From Paraspadella gotoi (taxonomy: Eukaryota; Animalia; Chaetognatha), in NCBI GenBank assembly GCA_051294375.1, contig CM119266.1:12762081-12826080 (forward strand): a stretch of DNA of 64,000 bases, in the 5' to 3' direction. Positions 23,036 through 34,830 of the stretch are shown in pieces. The translations under genes were made by a program, and so were the position numbers. Under the pieces are notes generated by a model. It searched no databases. It saw only the letters and a list, made by a program, of their open reading frames with translations, and was not told the DNA's origin. Every line of letters starts with the position of its first letter. Position 1 is the first letter of the stretch.

Positions 23036-25228
23036 TGCGGTGAAGTGAAAGTTTGGAATCAAAATTTAGCAGTTAAATCTTGAAACTATCATATTAGTAA
23101 ATACTAATCTATAATTTTTTTTACAAATATAGTAGCCCAGTCAGCTTAACTTGTATATAGTACTACCCTAATATAATGTTAAAATTCCAAAATGTTTTTT
23201 TTTTAAATTCGGAGAACAGATTCCGTTTCCCCGTAAAAAGTTGATAAAAGAAAATATAAATCTTTTTCAAAAATTATGTTAGTTAGTAAGTTAAAATTAT
23301 AAAAAACTATATTTTTATGCCGGAAATTAAAAATCGGCGTCTTAAATATAGTTTTTTACATTTTTGGCTAACTTAATGAAAGGATTTTTAAAAAAGAATT
23401 ATACTTATTAGGACTAAGCTCTGACGAACAAAGCCCGAGGTTTTTTTAATATATTCTTATACCGGCCAAGGTAGAATGATGGCAATATTGTTAATATTAA
23501 GTTTCAAAAAAATCCAACCATAAATATAGAAAATATTAACCAAAATCTTTGGAAAATCCACCCCTTCTTTGGAAGATTTTCGCCATAGAAGATTTTTCCC
23601 GAATCTGACTCCCGGTTGAAAACTCTTAGAATTCCGATCGTTAGCTCCTCTTTACTTTTACTTTAAATAAAAATTTCACCAAAATGGACTAATTCATTTT
23701 ACCATGATCGTATCATATCAAAATAAATAAAATGTAAAGAAAAATTTTGAGAGCCCTTCAGACACTTTGCCAAAGGAATCCAAAATTAGACCTCATTTGT
23801 TAAACAGGAACATACCTCAGTCACGTTTATATCGTTTTCAAGAAAAAAAATCCCTTTCATTTCTATATAAAATCAGAGATGGAAAATTTTTCCATCGAGA
23901 AGCAGTCTATTTGTTCTGGCTTGTTTGATATCAAGATGATGATGATTTGACAAGAGAAAAAAAATGCGAGCCCTTCAGATGCAACAGGATCGGAATCAAG
24001 TGTTTTTACATCGATATTTTACCAGAATTTTTACCAGGAGCGTTTATATTGTTTGGTAGTCAGATTTGAACGAAAATCTCCATTGAAAAAGTCTTCCTCG
24101 ATCTCTAAGAACGACGTAGACTCCTATACTTATATAAACATTTTGCAAGGAATCCAAATCCGGTCTTCAAATTTCAAAATTTGTATTTTAAAATTTTAGC
24201 CTATTACCTCGTGTCCGTTCGCGAGTGAATAATAAAGTACCGAGGAAAATTAAAGTTACAGTTTTTGAAAAAAAAACAAAACTTTTTCATTGTCAAAAAA
24301 TAAACTGATCAGCAGACGCAGCCCTTGAGAAAAAAAAGAAAGAAATCAAAAGGCAGAAGCAGCAGGAGAAAAGAGAGAAAAAGAGAGCCCCTGCAGAGCC
24401 AGCTGCTGACTAGTTTTTTTTCCCTATGAAAAGAGAGAGGGAGAGAGACATAATTAAAAGAGAGAGAGAAAGAAATATAAAAATAAAAGAGAGAAATTTT
24501 TTTTTTTTTGATAAAATGTAAAAAAAACATATTTAATAACTGTCCTGACTCAATTTTAAGCACATCGATGAGAAGCTGTATATAAATTTTCAGCTTCATA
24601 CACCCAAATTTAATCATAAAAAAGGCGATCTATAATTTGGAACGCCGACAACGACAACGACTTATGCGCAAAAGCGTTACAATATCGTCGCATACTTAAG
24701 GGAGTGGTCTTTTCATACAATTGAAACATTCTTTGAAATATTTTCCACTTCATTGATAGGGAAGACAGGTACTCTGGGAGTGAATAAACAAGTCTGTGAG
24801 AGAGGCTTGATTAAAAGCTTGCAGAAACCTGTTACGTTATTATTTTGCAAGTGTGATGGAGGCCTTAAACCACCAAAGCCTGTCCAAAGTCAGGGGCAAG
24901 ATAGCTTATTTATTAAATGAATGGATAATTTTTATATTGGTTGTACCAATTTCATATACATAAAAAACGTCAAGTAGTTCTCCAACTAATGATATACTTA
25001 TGAATAATGTTTATTAAATATTTAAAGTATAGTAAAGATTTTTTTGGTGTCACTCGCGAATGGACAAGGGGTATATACTTATTACAATGTATAAATATAG
25101 CTCACTGGTTCTCACTAATGTATAAAATTCAAAAATAAATTTACCAAAGTATTTTATAGGTTTTTATTTTTATGTTCTATAAGCTAAATTTTGAATTTAT
25201 AAAATTTTATTATCTTAACATCACTGTA
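23036..25228. mobile_element. Degenerate hAT-like element C
   Basis: Imperfect TIR TGCGGTGAAG / CATCACTGTA; flanks TTGTACAT and ATGTACAT, the same target type as elements A and B. Confidence 0.4.
24695..24954 (+). repeat. Unclassified ~260-bp dispersed repeat R, copy 1
   Basis: CTTAAGGGAGTGG...GTACCAATTTCA, near-identical to 37287-37546, 34644-34780 and 42173-42416 (minus). Confidence 0.9.
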
Positions 25229-25730
25229 ATGTACATAGACACTAATTAGGGAGATAGAAACTCCTAAAATTAAATGAAAAATCTAATATTATCGAATGAT
25301 TATTTGATTATTATTATTATTATTATTATTTGATTATTTCCTCAAAAGAATTACCTCTATCGTGGATATGGGAAAAAACAGTTAACAAATTCTCAACAAT
25401 GTCCAATATATTAAATTTCCAAGGAATTGTTTTTAGGCACTTCAATACATTATATAAAGAATCTTCTTTAACATATTCCTGTAATTACAGAATTACAAAA
25501 AATACAAAAATATTAATAACATCCAATATACTGATATGGTTCAATTGATGGACGTAATAAATGTAAGCGGTACATATTACTATTAGGGTTCCGTTAACCG
25601 TTAATTTTTGAGGAACTTCGCTTAACCGTTAAAACTAACGTTTTTAACGGTTAACCGTTAAAATCGGTTAATTTTATAATTTAACTTTAAATTTAAAATA
25701 TTAATATTTGAAACTAACTAAGGTATTTAA

Positions 25731-27732
25731 TAGACACATTTTTTTCCGCAACAAATGGTCATAAACTTCGGAAAACCACCATTCGATTCGAAATAAAATT
25801 CTCTTTCGTTTGGTATATAATTTAATTAATTTCTAAAAATATTTCGCTTGACCCAGGCGAGTTGAAAGCAACTAGGTAACAACATCCAAATTGGAACTCT
25901 TTCTCAGTTACAATATTTATTATTTTTCGATATAATTTAGTTAATTATTAAATTTCTGTGACTGATAGATAGTTATTCTTTGTTTAATTTATTAAGAATA
26001 ATCTTTTTTTACAGACAGTCCATTAATCATGAACACTCGTTCTGCTACAGGGACCGAGTTTCCTCTGTTTCCCGAATTTGGTATTTGCAAGCGCTTAGCG
26101 AACTTTCGACCACCGCCGGCAGAACCACCAAAAGGGGCAGCAGTATTGGAACGGTTTCTTTGACATTTTTTACACTCAGCCCAAAAACCAACGAGATAAA
26201 AATGAGACTGCTTATGTCGTAGCTCTAGAATTAATTAACCTTTGGAAACTGGGTGACGCGCGAATCCCTTTGCTTCACCTGAAAACAATTCGGAAGAACT
26301 AAGGAAGAACTAAGGAAAAAGATTACAATGTCATATTTTAGTAGAATATGAGTAGAGTAAAATTAGATAAATAATTATGCACAAAATGCTTTGTAGTTTG
26401 CAGATTTATTTAGATTTTAAAAATCAATTATCATTATATTGCCAAAAGCACACATAATAAAATTAATATGAAGTCAGTTGATCTCGTCTCTTTTTCTTTG
26501 GCAAAGAAGCTTAACTTCACATGACAAAGGCTAAGCACGATACATCACGCTCGTTGGATGGGTAGCTGCCTCTACATTCTCAAAATGCTAGATCGTTGGT
26601 GATTCTTTCGTTTTGAGTCACCAGCAGAAAATGGATGTCTTGGTGATGTCTTATTACATCTTGTACATTCAATTTTTACTGGTTCTGCTGTCCATTCATG
26701 GCGGATGCTCCATTCCTTATCTCTCCCTTCATGAAGATCTAATGGCGTGGCGATCAAGGGATCGCGATGGGGCCCATGCTGGACTAAGAAAGATTGATTT
26801 ACATACCGAATATCTTTCTGGCCACTCGGTTATTCTCGCTTTGGCTTCAAAAAAAGTCTCAAACTCAACTAGAATGTCGATGGCTGAAGCCCTCTTGAGC
26901 TCTGAAAAGGTCCAAGTAGAAATGGGAAAGCCGGAAATACCATGCGTATATGAAAACAGCAAATTAGAAGATTACGTTTCGGCTGATTCATGGTTATTTT
27001 TTCAGGTTCATTTGCAATATTTTATCAATAATTTTATATTAATTATATCTAATTTCAATGACTATTTAAATTTATTACACAGCTTAGTCACTTTGAGCCA
27101 TCTTTTTGTCGAAACCTGTGGAAGAATGTAATGATAACGCCAACTACCACTCACTTGCAAGCTTGTAAATGGATTTTCGCACTCAATGATGCTGCGGAGA
27201 GGGTGGTTAAATTTGCAAGTGATTACAATGGTTCAATAACCCGTATAAAATGCAACATGAAGCAATGCTTCAGGGCGTTGAAGAACATCGTCGATCTCAC
27301 CCCTAACAAAAACAAAAGTGTCTTATGAACTTCAAGTTTAAAGATTCAGTTAACAATAACAACGCAAGAATTGTTTGCCTCTTGCCGTCACTTTCATGAG
27401 AGAAGATAAATTGGTTTAAAAATATTAAAATTACACTTCCGGTATATTTGCTTAATACTTTTTTATTAATTTTTAATAAATTACAACTACATCGGAGTTT
27501 TACATTCATTCAGTCCATAATGATTAAAAACATCAACATAAGATCCCTTCGTTTCAAAATATACGTAAATCAATGAATCTGACGCATGTGGAACTTTGAT
27601 GCCGCTGGGTCAAGCGAAATCTTTAAATAAGTTAATCATATAGCACATCATTCGAAAGAGAATTTTATTTCGAATCGAATGGTGGTTTTCCGAAGTTTCT
27701 ATGACCATTTGTTGCGGAAAAAAATGTGTCTA
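25731..27732 (+). mobile_element. hATm-type transposon E with a deleted, frameshifted transposase
   Basis: About 130-bp TIRs starting TAGACACATT; perfect 8-bp TSD GTATTTAA; transposase fragments inside. Confidence 0.88.
26520..27328 (+). pseudogene. hATm transposase C-terminal remnant
   Basis: HARWMGSCLYILKM, HTEYLSGHSVILAL, DSWLFF and ALNDAAERVVKFASDYN, spread over different frames. Confidence 0.75.
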
Positions 27733-28112
27733 GTATTTAATGGTATTTTCTCCTTAACTCCGGCTAGTGAATAGTCTTTTCTTTTATTTCAGATAGATGA
27801 GGTACACATTATAGTTGATAAATGAGAAAATTGGTTTGAAAAAACAGCATTATAATAAATTTTTTTTGCCTCATAGCATAATAAAAATAGAAAAAAGACA
27901 ATGAAAGAAAGAGCACAAATAATTTTAATTCTGTATATTTTGTTTTCTCTTTCTCTCTTTTTCTTTCTTTCTTTCGTTTTTGCTTTTCCTTTTTCTATTT
28001 CTCTTCCTCATTATTTTTATAGTTGTTAGTTTCTTGAAAGCATGTTTTCTGTTGTTAGTCTTTCATAAACCATGACCATAAATATAAATATAATTATAAT
28101 ATATTTATTAAG

Positions 28113-28310
28113 ACTTTCTTTTCGTTACGTTTATAGTTAAGTGAAAGCAAAGTTTATTTGTTTACAAACAACAGGTTTTTATTTTTAAAAAAAGGACATG
28201 TTTCGACTCTCACGCGCTGATGTAGACTCGGAAAAACTAGAGTCGAAACATGTCCGTTTTTTGAAATAAAAACCGGTTGTTTGTAAACAAATAAACTTTG
28301 TTTTTCTTAA
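28113..28310. mobile_element. Penelope-type inverted-repeat element with hammerhead motif
   Basis: Fold-back 28137-28310; family tail (GTAACGAAAAGAAAG on the minus strand) at the left end. Confidence 0.65.
28213..28258 (+). ncRNA. Minimal type I hammerhead ribozyme (variant core)
   Basis: gcg-CTGATGT-A-GACTC..GAGTC-GAAA-CATG-TC-cgt; the core reads CTGATGT instead of CTGATGA. Confidence 0.5.
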
Positions 28311-30086
28311 ATATGAATATCAATTTATTAATTGAATTGTTAAATGATCGATTGATCAAAAGAGTTATTAATTAATAAATATTTTTTTAAATTTTATTAA
28401 AGTAAAGTATATCATCATTGAAGGATAGTTTTAGTTGCCTTAATGTCTTTTCAAAGATTCATTCCTTCTATTGTTCATTTTTTAAATGTTTTTAATAATT
28501 TTTATTTTAGTTTTTTTTAAAATTTTTCATTCATTCGGCTTTATTATATTTACTTCTTTGTTCATTTTAAAAATTTAAAGAAAAAGCTAAAAAAGTAAAA
28601 GAAGAAAGATTATTTATTTTTTTATTAGCAAAATAGAATATTATTGCATGTAAAAATTTGATTTGCAAAAAATATAAGCAGATGCATATTATATTTCAAA
28701 ATATTCTTTGATGCAAATGCTTAATTAGCTGAAAGGAAAAACGAAAACAATTGGGAGAAAGTAAGTAAAAAAATACCGGAAGGGCAGAAAAAAATGATAA
28801 TAGATTAAAATAGAAAAAGATTAAAAGGGTTGAAAATAACAAAGAAAAATAGGGGAAAATGTAGAACAGAGAGAGGGGGAAAATATAGTGAGAAAGGGAG
28901 AGGAGAATAAGGAAAAAAATTTTTTTCTTAAAAAATCAAAGTTTTCATAACAAAAATCATACTTGAAAATTAACCGAATTTAACCGTTAAAATAAATATA
29001 TTAAGGTTAAGTTAAAATTATTTTTAACCGTTAATAACCGTTAACTGTTAACGGTTATCGGAACACTAATTACTATCGACTCCTTCAAATATTTTGTCTC
29101 TATGGGCAGAATGATTTTTCTCGTTTGTAATATTTCCAGGGGAGATATCTCAGAATCCCTTCACTTTAGAGACCTGGATTGTGGCTCATTTTGTAGCCCG
29201 CTGTCTGGCATCTTTGAATAAGTAGTGCGGGGTAATTCGGAACACTTTTGGAAGTAATCAAATTAAGAAAAGCTTACTGCTCCTATACCATATCAAAACA
29301 CTTTATTTCATTATAAAGAATATATGCATTTATGAATTATGAACAACGGAACACCAGTGAACATTAATTTTTTTTTAAAAATTAATTTTATGTTTTTTTA
29401 ATATTTTTGCAGCAAGCTATATTTATATAATTTATAGTACTATCCTTATAAAAACTTAAAATTTCAAAATTGGTTTTTTTATTAGGTAGTGCGGGGTAAT
29501 TCGGAATAGGGGTAATTTGGAACACTGACATATAAAATGAAATAAAAAAATCGTGTTTAAGATATTTTATAATTTTTTTTAGTTCATTTAATATTTCACC
29601 AACTTGACTTTCCATTATTAAAGTTACAGCATTCGGCTACTACTGCAGCAACAATTTCAAAGCTGCTAGTCAAATTTCGTCTTTAAGTAGTCGTTTTCAA
29701 GCCTCTGTCACAGTCATATTTGATGTAATATGACTATGGAATATTAATATCTGATAGACGAGACTACTAATTTTTAGTTACTGTATAGATTATTTCAAAA
29801 AAATAATTTAATTATTTTTTATATAGCTACAATTAAATTGGGGTAAAACGGAACACCTGGAAAGTAAGTATTCTGTTTTACCTCATATGCTTTTTATAAC
29901 GTGTTAGTGATAATTTACTCATTAATAATAACAGTTAGCAGTTATATAAAAGTTATATAATAAGGTGAAAAAAATTATTATACTATTAATAATACAGAAA
30001 AAAAATATATTTTAGCAATAAAAAAGTTACAATAAAAAGAATAAAAAAATAACATTGGAAATAAAAAAAATGGGCAAAAACCAATA

Positions 30087-30770
30087 CAGAAGGCTTCATA
30101 TTATAAAATGTGGTACCCCTTTTTTGTGACCAGAACTCGTTCCGAGAAAACTACTGAACCAAATTTATTGAAATTTGAAATGAACGATCCCTATGTGAAT
30201 ACTAATAAAACTATCGAGGCGAATTTCAATATTTGACCACTGAGCCGAGATATGGGCCCCCCGGGGGGGTCACCCATGGGGGCAAAAAATGGTCAAAAAT
30301 TTTTTCCAAATTTTTTTACTATTTTTGTTTTGAACAGTTGCACAGACGTTTTACTCTTCCACAAAAACATTTATTACCGCAAAAATATTCATTTACCTTA
30401 ATTTTTAGCTTCATGAAAATCAGCAGTTAAAGTCAGATTTGGAATAATTTGGGAAAATTGGAAGTAAAACGATGAACCATGCATCTTCAACCATGCTTAA
30501 TTATTGCAAATTTATCAATTTTAGTTCTAAAATGCTACTAAAAATTTTGGAAAAAAAAAATTTAACATTTTTTGGACCCCCAGGGGTCCACCCCCAGGGC
30601 CCTGAATCTCTTGTCAGGGGTTGAATATCAAAATTCGCCTTGATAGTTCCATTTATATAGTCATTAGCACTCTAAATGTAAAATTTCATTAAATTCGATC
30701 AGGGAGTTTGGTGGGAACAGATTCTGGTCACAAAAAAGGAGTACCACATTTTATAATATGAAGCCTTCTG
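30087..30770. mobile_element. Tc1/mariner-type MITE
   Basis: TIRs CAGAAGGCTTCATATTATAAAATGTGGTAC at both ends, flanked by TA. Confidence 0.85.
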
Positions 30771-30964
30771 TATTAATTGAAAAGAAAGATGGGGACAAAA
30801 TACAGGAATGAAAGGAAAAAAAACTTAGATAAAAAACTATAAATAACAAAATATATACAAATTTTATATCTATTTTCATTCAAAAACTTTGCAAAACTGA
30901 GAACATGATATTAAAAATCATTTTAAGCATTTAAAAATATAAGATTTTCAATTTTTTATACATA

Positions 30965-32075
30965 GTGGTAGTAACCTTTCTTTTTCGTTGTTATATGTAT
31001 TTGGGCAAAATGATTTTTGTTTCACAACGAATTTTATTTTATCATATAAACGTACATGTTTCGGCTTTGGATGCAAGCCTTCTTCAGCGTCAATGATTTG
31101 TGAAAATTTGTACAGTTTTTTGTGTGAAAGAAGGGAGAGAGAGAGAAGAGAGAGAGGGCAAAGTTTCAAACACAGAGTTGAGAAAAAAGAATAGTGGTCA
31201 AGTGGTGAGGACAGGTTAAGAATGAGGACAGATAGAGATTTTAGTTTTGAATAAGAAATGAAATGGTCAGAGTGAGAGAGATTGGGAGAGAGAGGGAGAG
31301 AGAGAGGGAGAGAGAGAGAGACAGAGTCCAGCACTCCTGTCACAAAAGTGGCAAGAATGACAACCGCCCACCTCGTCAACAGGCGAGAAGAGGCAGCTGG
31401 CAGGGGTATCAGGCCAACGAGACATTCGAGTAGCACTTGAATGTTTCCGCAAGGAAGCCTCCCTAGCCCGACAATAACATTCGGTTCAATTGTCCTCTCA
31501 ACCAATGACACGCCAATGACCCAGCCCCATCGCCCAAGCCTCTCATTTGTCCAACCAAGGGGGGCCAGCTCACTTTGAGCTCTATCTTAATTCTTAATTT
31601 CTAACTTTATTAACAATTCTTTACACTAAATGTATCTTCTCACTTTCACATTTCATTTTCACCTTCACTTATTTATTTATTAAATAGTTAATTGTTAATA
31701 AACAGTTTAAAAACTTTATTTGTTGTACATTTGAAATGTAATATTATTTTCTCTCTCCTGTCTCTTCTCTCTCCCAATCTCTCTCACTCTGACCATTTCA
31801 TTTCTTATTCAAAACTAAAATCTCTATCTGTCCTCATTCTTAACCTGTCCTCACCACTTGACCACTATTCTTTTTTCTCAACTCTGTGTTGGAAACTTTG
31901 CCCTATCTCTCTCTCTCTCTCTCTCTCCCTTCTTTCACACAAAAAACTGTACAAATTTTCACAAATCATTGACGCTGAGAAGGCTTGCATCCAAGCCGAA
32001 ACATGTACGTTTATATGAATAAAATAACAATTCGTTGTGAAACAAAAATCATTTTGCCCAAATTTTTTATACATA
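30965..32075. mobile_element. Penelope-type element with ~310-bp inverted arms, each carrying a hammerhead motif
   Basis: About 30995-31300 is inverted at about 31750-32065; family tail CAACGAAAAAGAAAGG (minus) at the left end. Confidence 0.7.
31049..31091 (-). ncRNA. Minimal type I hammerhead ribozyme (intact core)
   Basis: gacg-CTGAAGA-A-GGCTT gcatcca AAGCC-GAAA-CATG-TA-cgtt: stem I, stem II, palindromic stem III and GUA cleavage triplet. Confidence 0.7.
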
Positions 32076-33402
32076 AAACATTAATGAAAGGCTCTATGCT
32101 TTTACTAATAGTGTTTTAGTTAGTATTTTCTGTAATATTATAAAAAATTATACATAATTTATTAAGTGTTCCGTTTTACCCCAGGGTGGGGTAAATACAA
32201 CAACCTGTAGCGGGGACACTTTCCTAGATATATCACCAGAAAATTTTTTTTAGTCGGATCTGCTTATCAGCAGATCCCGACTCTATAATTCACTTTGTCG
32301 GTCCGCCCCCTCAATATTGTCGGGCACTAACTTATATCATGTCAGAACATCGAATAATGATAAATTATGCAAAAAAAAAATGATGTCGTGATTGGATGGA
32401 TGGATTGGAATGAAATTTTGTGTGTGGGTAGGGAAGTGTGTGATTGAGCTGTATATGAAGTTTCGATGGAATCGTCCGAGTGGAAATGAGTTTAAATGGA
32501 AAAAATAAACAAATAAATTTCACTATTTTAACACCAATTACTCATGAGTGGATGGGGCGGTTGACTTGAAATTTTGTATTTGCGTAGGAAAGTGTGTGAT
32601 TAAGCTGGAAATCAAGTTTCGATGGAATCGTTTGAGTGGAAATGAGTTTAAATGGAAAAAAACAAAAAACCTGTTTCACTAATTGATAATGCTTCTTTTT
32701 CCTTTTATATTAAATGTAAATGAAGGATGTATTAATAAATCAAATAATTAATCAGTTAATTAATCAATTAGTCAATTAATTAATCAATAATTAATTAGTC
32801 AATCAATCCGTCCCATCTTAGCAAAAAGCTCCAATAACTCGTGATTGGCTGGTTGGATTGGAATGAAATTTTGTGTGTGGGTAGGACAGTGTGAGATGAA
32901 GCTGGATATAAAGTTTTGATGGAATCGTGCGAGTGAAAATGAGTTTAAATGGAAAAAACATAAATTGCATTTACTAAAATCTTTTTACTTATTTTAACCA
33001 ATAAATACTCTAATTAATCATAATTGGATGAATAGATTTAGTTGAAATTTTGTGTGTGGGTAGTAAAGTGTGTGACGAAGCTTGATACAAAGTTTTGGTG
33101 GAAACGTACGAGTGGAAATGAGTTTAAATAAAAAAAATATGAGTCAAATTTACTTGAATTTTTTTGTTTTCACGATCTTGTTAGTCCTGCAATGTTACTT
33201 ATTTTAACCCATAATTACTTGAATTAATCATAATTGAATTAATAGATTGAAAAGGAAAGTGTGTGAAGAAGCTAAATATAAAGTTTTGACGGAATTGTGC
33301 CTGTGGAAATGAGTTTAAATGGAAAAAACATAATTCACATTTTCTTGAATCTTTTTTATTTGTGATTACTAATAAATGTTTTAATTAATTCAGTATATAA
33401 GG

Positions 33403-33688
33403 TGATAGACAGACGCGGGTCTATTACTCCCTCCTTCTCATTCACCTCCTCTTCATCCTCCTCCCAGGAATTCGGGGCCGCGTTCACGAGATTCAGTTCA
33501 CCTTTCTCTCTTCTACTACTCGTTTCTCTCCCTTTTTTTTTACCCTCATTTTTGTCTCCATATAGATTTTCCTTCCGTCAATATATTAGATTCCCGCATT
33601 CTCGTCACTTTACTTCCGGTTAGGATACCTTTTCAGAGTGGCGCCCAATGTGGGGCTCGAACCCACGACCCCGGGATTAAGAGTCCAG
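33403..33688 (+). mobile_element. LTR-like segment (TG...CA, 33403-33635) followed by a tRNA-Lys(CTT) primer-binding site extended to 50 nt
   Basis: TGGCGCCCAATGTGGGGC begins 3 nt after TTTCA; complementarity continues through the T-arm and anticodon arm. No 3' LTR seen. Confidence 0.6.
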
Positions 33689-33699
33689 AGTAATTAATT

Positions 33700-34110
33700 A
33701 ATTTGAAAAAATGATACAATTTAAAAAAATTATGCAAGTTGAAAAAATTATGCAAGTTGAAAAAATGATGCAAGTTAAAAAAAAATGACGCGAATTGTAA
33801 AAATGATGTAAATTGTAAAAATGATGTAAATTGTAAAAATGATGTAAATTGTAAAAATGATGTAAATTGAAAAAATGAGTTGAAAAAATTATGTGCGTGG
33901 AAAAAATGATGCGTAGTTGTAAAAATGATGTAAATTGAAAAAATGATGTAAATTGTAAAAATGATGTAAATTGTAAAAATGAGTTGAAAAATTATGTGCG
34001 TGGAAAAAATTAGGCGATTCAAAAAAATGATGCGAGTTCAAAAAATGATGCGAGTTCAAAAAATGAGGCGAGTTCAAAAATGAGGCGATTCAAAAAATGA
34101 GGCCCGATGT
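33700..34110. repeat. ~18-bp minisatellite (AAAAATGATGTAAATTGT)
   Basis: About 20 tandem degenerate units read directly. Confidence 0.9.
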
Positions 34111-34643
34111 TAAAAAAATTTTTAAAAATATTGTGATTTATCATCTGATTAATAGATTACTGCTTAATTATTGTAGGCAGATCCGACATTGTTTGCTCAA
34201 ACTTGTTTTACCCTCGTCTCATATCTTACTTGGAGAATGCAGCAGTTGAGTTCGTTTTGAGCAATGCCAATAAGTTTTGGAATGCTTAAGTGATCAACTC
34301 GTAACCAACTTCGGATGCCGTCGACCCTAAGCTTTCGACCCTTTTTAAAAATTTTGACAGCAAATCGAAAGTTAGAGAGGTTGTCACGAGCCTGAAAGAC
34401 GTTAATAATTGTTAACTAGCCCTTGAGCTGCTGACTTTACAATTCATTTTAGAATTAGGGCTTGGAACTTCACCTCGTACACATCTGCCTCTCCCCCGGA
34501 ACCAATCGGTTGTTCCTGAACGCGTGTCCATTCTGATTTCTCTAAGTAACGCCCGTTTTTGACACAGATTTGTGATTCGAAGCTCTTATTAAAAAAAAAA
34601 AATTTAAAATTTAAACATACGGCTCGCCATAGTTATGAGTTAT

Positions 34644-34780
34644 GAGTCTTGATTGAAAGCTTGCAGGGACCTGCTATGTCATTATCTTGTAAGAGTGATG
34701 GAGGCCTTAAACCACCAAAGCCTGTCCAAAGTCAGGGGCAAGATAGCTTATTTATTAAATGAATGGTTGTACCAATTTCA
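34644..34780 (+). repeat. Dispersed repeat R, 5'-truncated copy
   Basis: Matches the 3' half of 37287-37546 with a small internal deletion. Confidence 0.85.
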
Positions 34781-34830
34781 TAAAATTCAGCTCCTTGTAT
34801 TTTGATGCTAGTGCGGAGTAGAATAAGTAT

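Larger units (their letters stand above)
25584..29068. mobile_element. hAT element D (non-autonomous, hosts nested insertions)
   Basis: TIR TAGGGTTCCG / CGGAACACTA; subterminal TTAACCG repeats; perfect 8-bp TSD ATTACTAT. Confidence 0.85.
32250..34207 (+). mobile_element. Helentron-associated non-autonomous element (HINE/DINE-1-like), copy 1
   Basis: 5' TTAGTCGGATCTGCTTATCAGCAGATCCCGAC hairpin/subTIR; 3' GCAGATCCGAC plus stem-loop GTTTGCTCAAAC; internal ~170-bp subrepeats; T-rich target. Confidence 0.75.

Noticed and set aside
29222-32200. pogo-like element marked by GGGGTAATTCGGAACA motifs (29229, 29494, 29839, inverted at 32166)
   Set aside because: Probably a fragmented DNA transposon, but I could not define matching termini or a TSD.
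33639-33688. Functional tRNA-Lys gene
   Set aside because: The 5' acceptor strand and D-arm are missing and CCA is encoded, so it is a reverse-transcribed copy or PBS.
33700-34110. CRISPR-like array, or the 129-aa FTSFLQ-repeat ORF
   Set aside because: Contiguous degenerate 18-mers with no unique spacers and no cas genes; the ORF is a minisatellite by-product.
34210-34560. GC-richer segment as a possible minus-strand exon pair
   Set aside because: No consistent open frame or recognisable motif.
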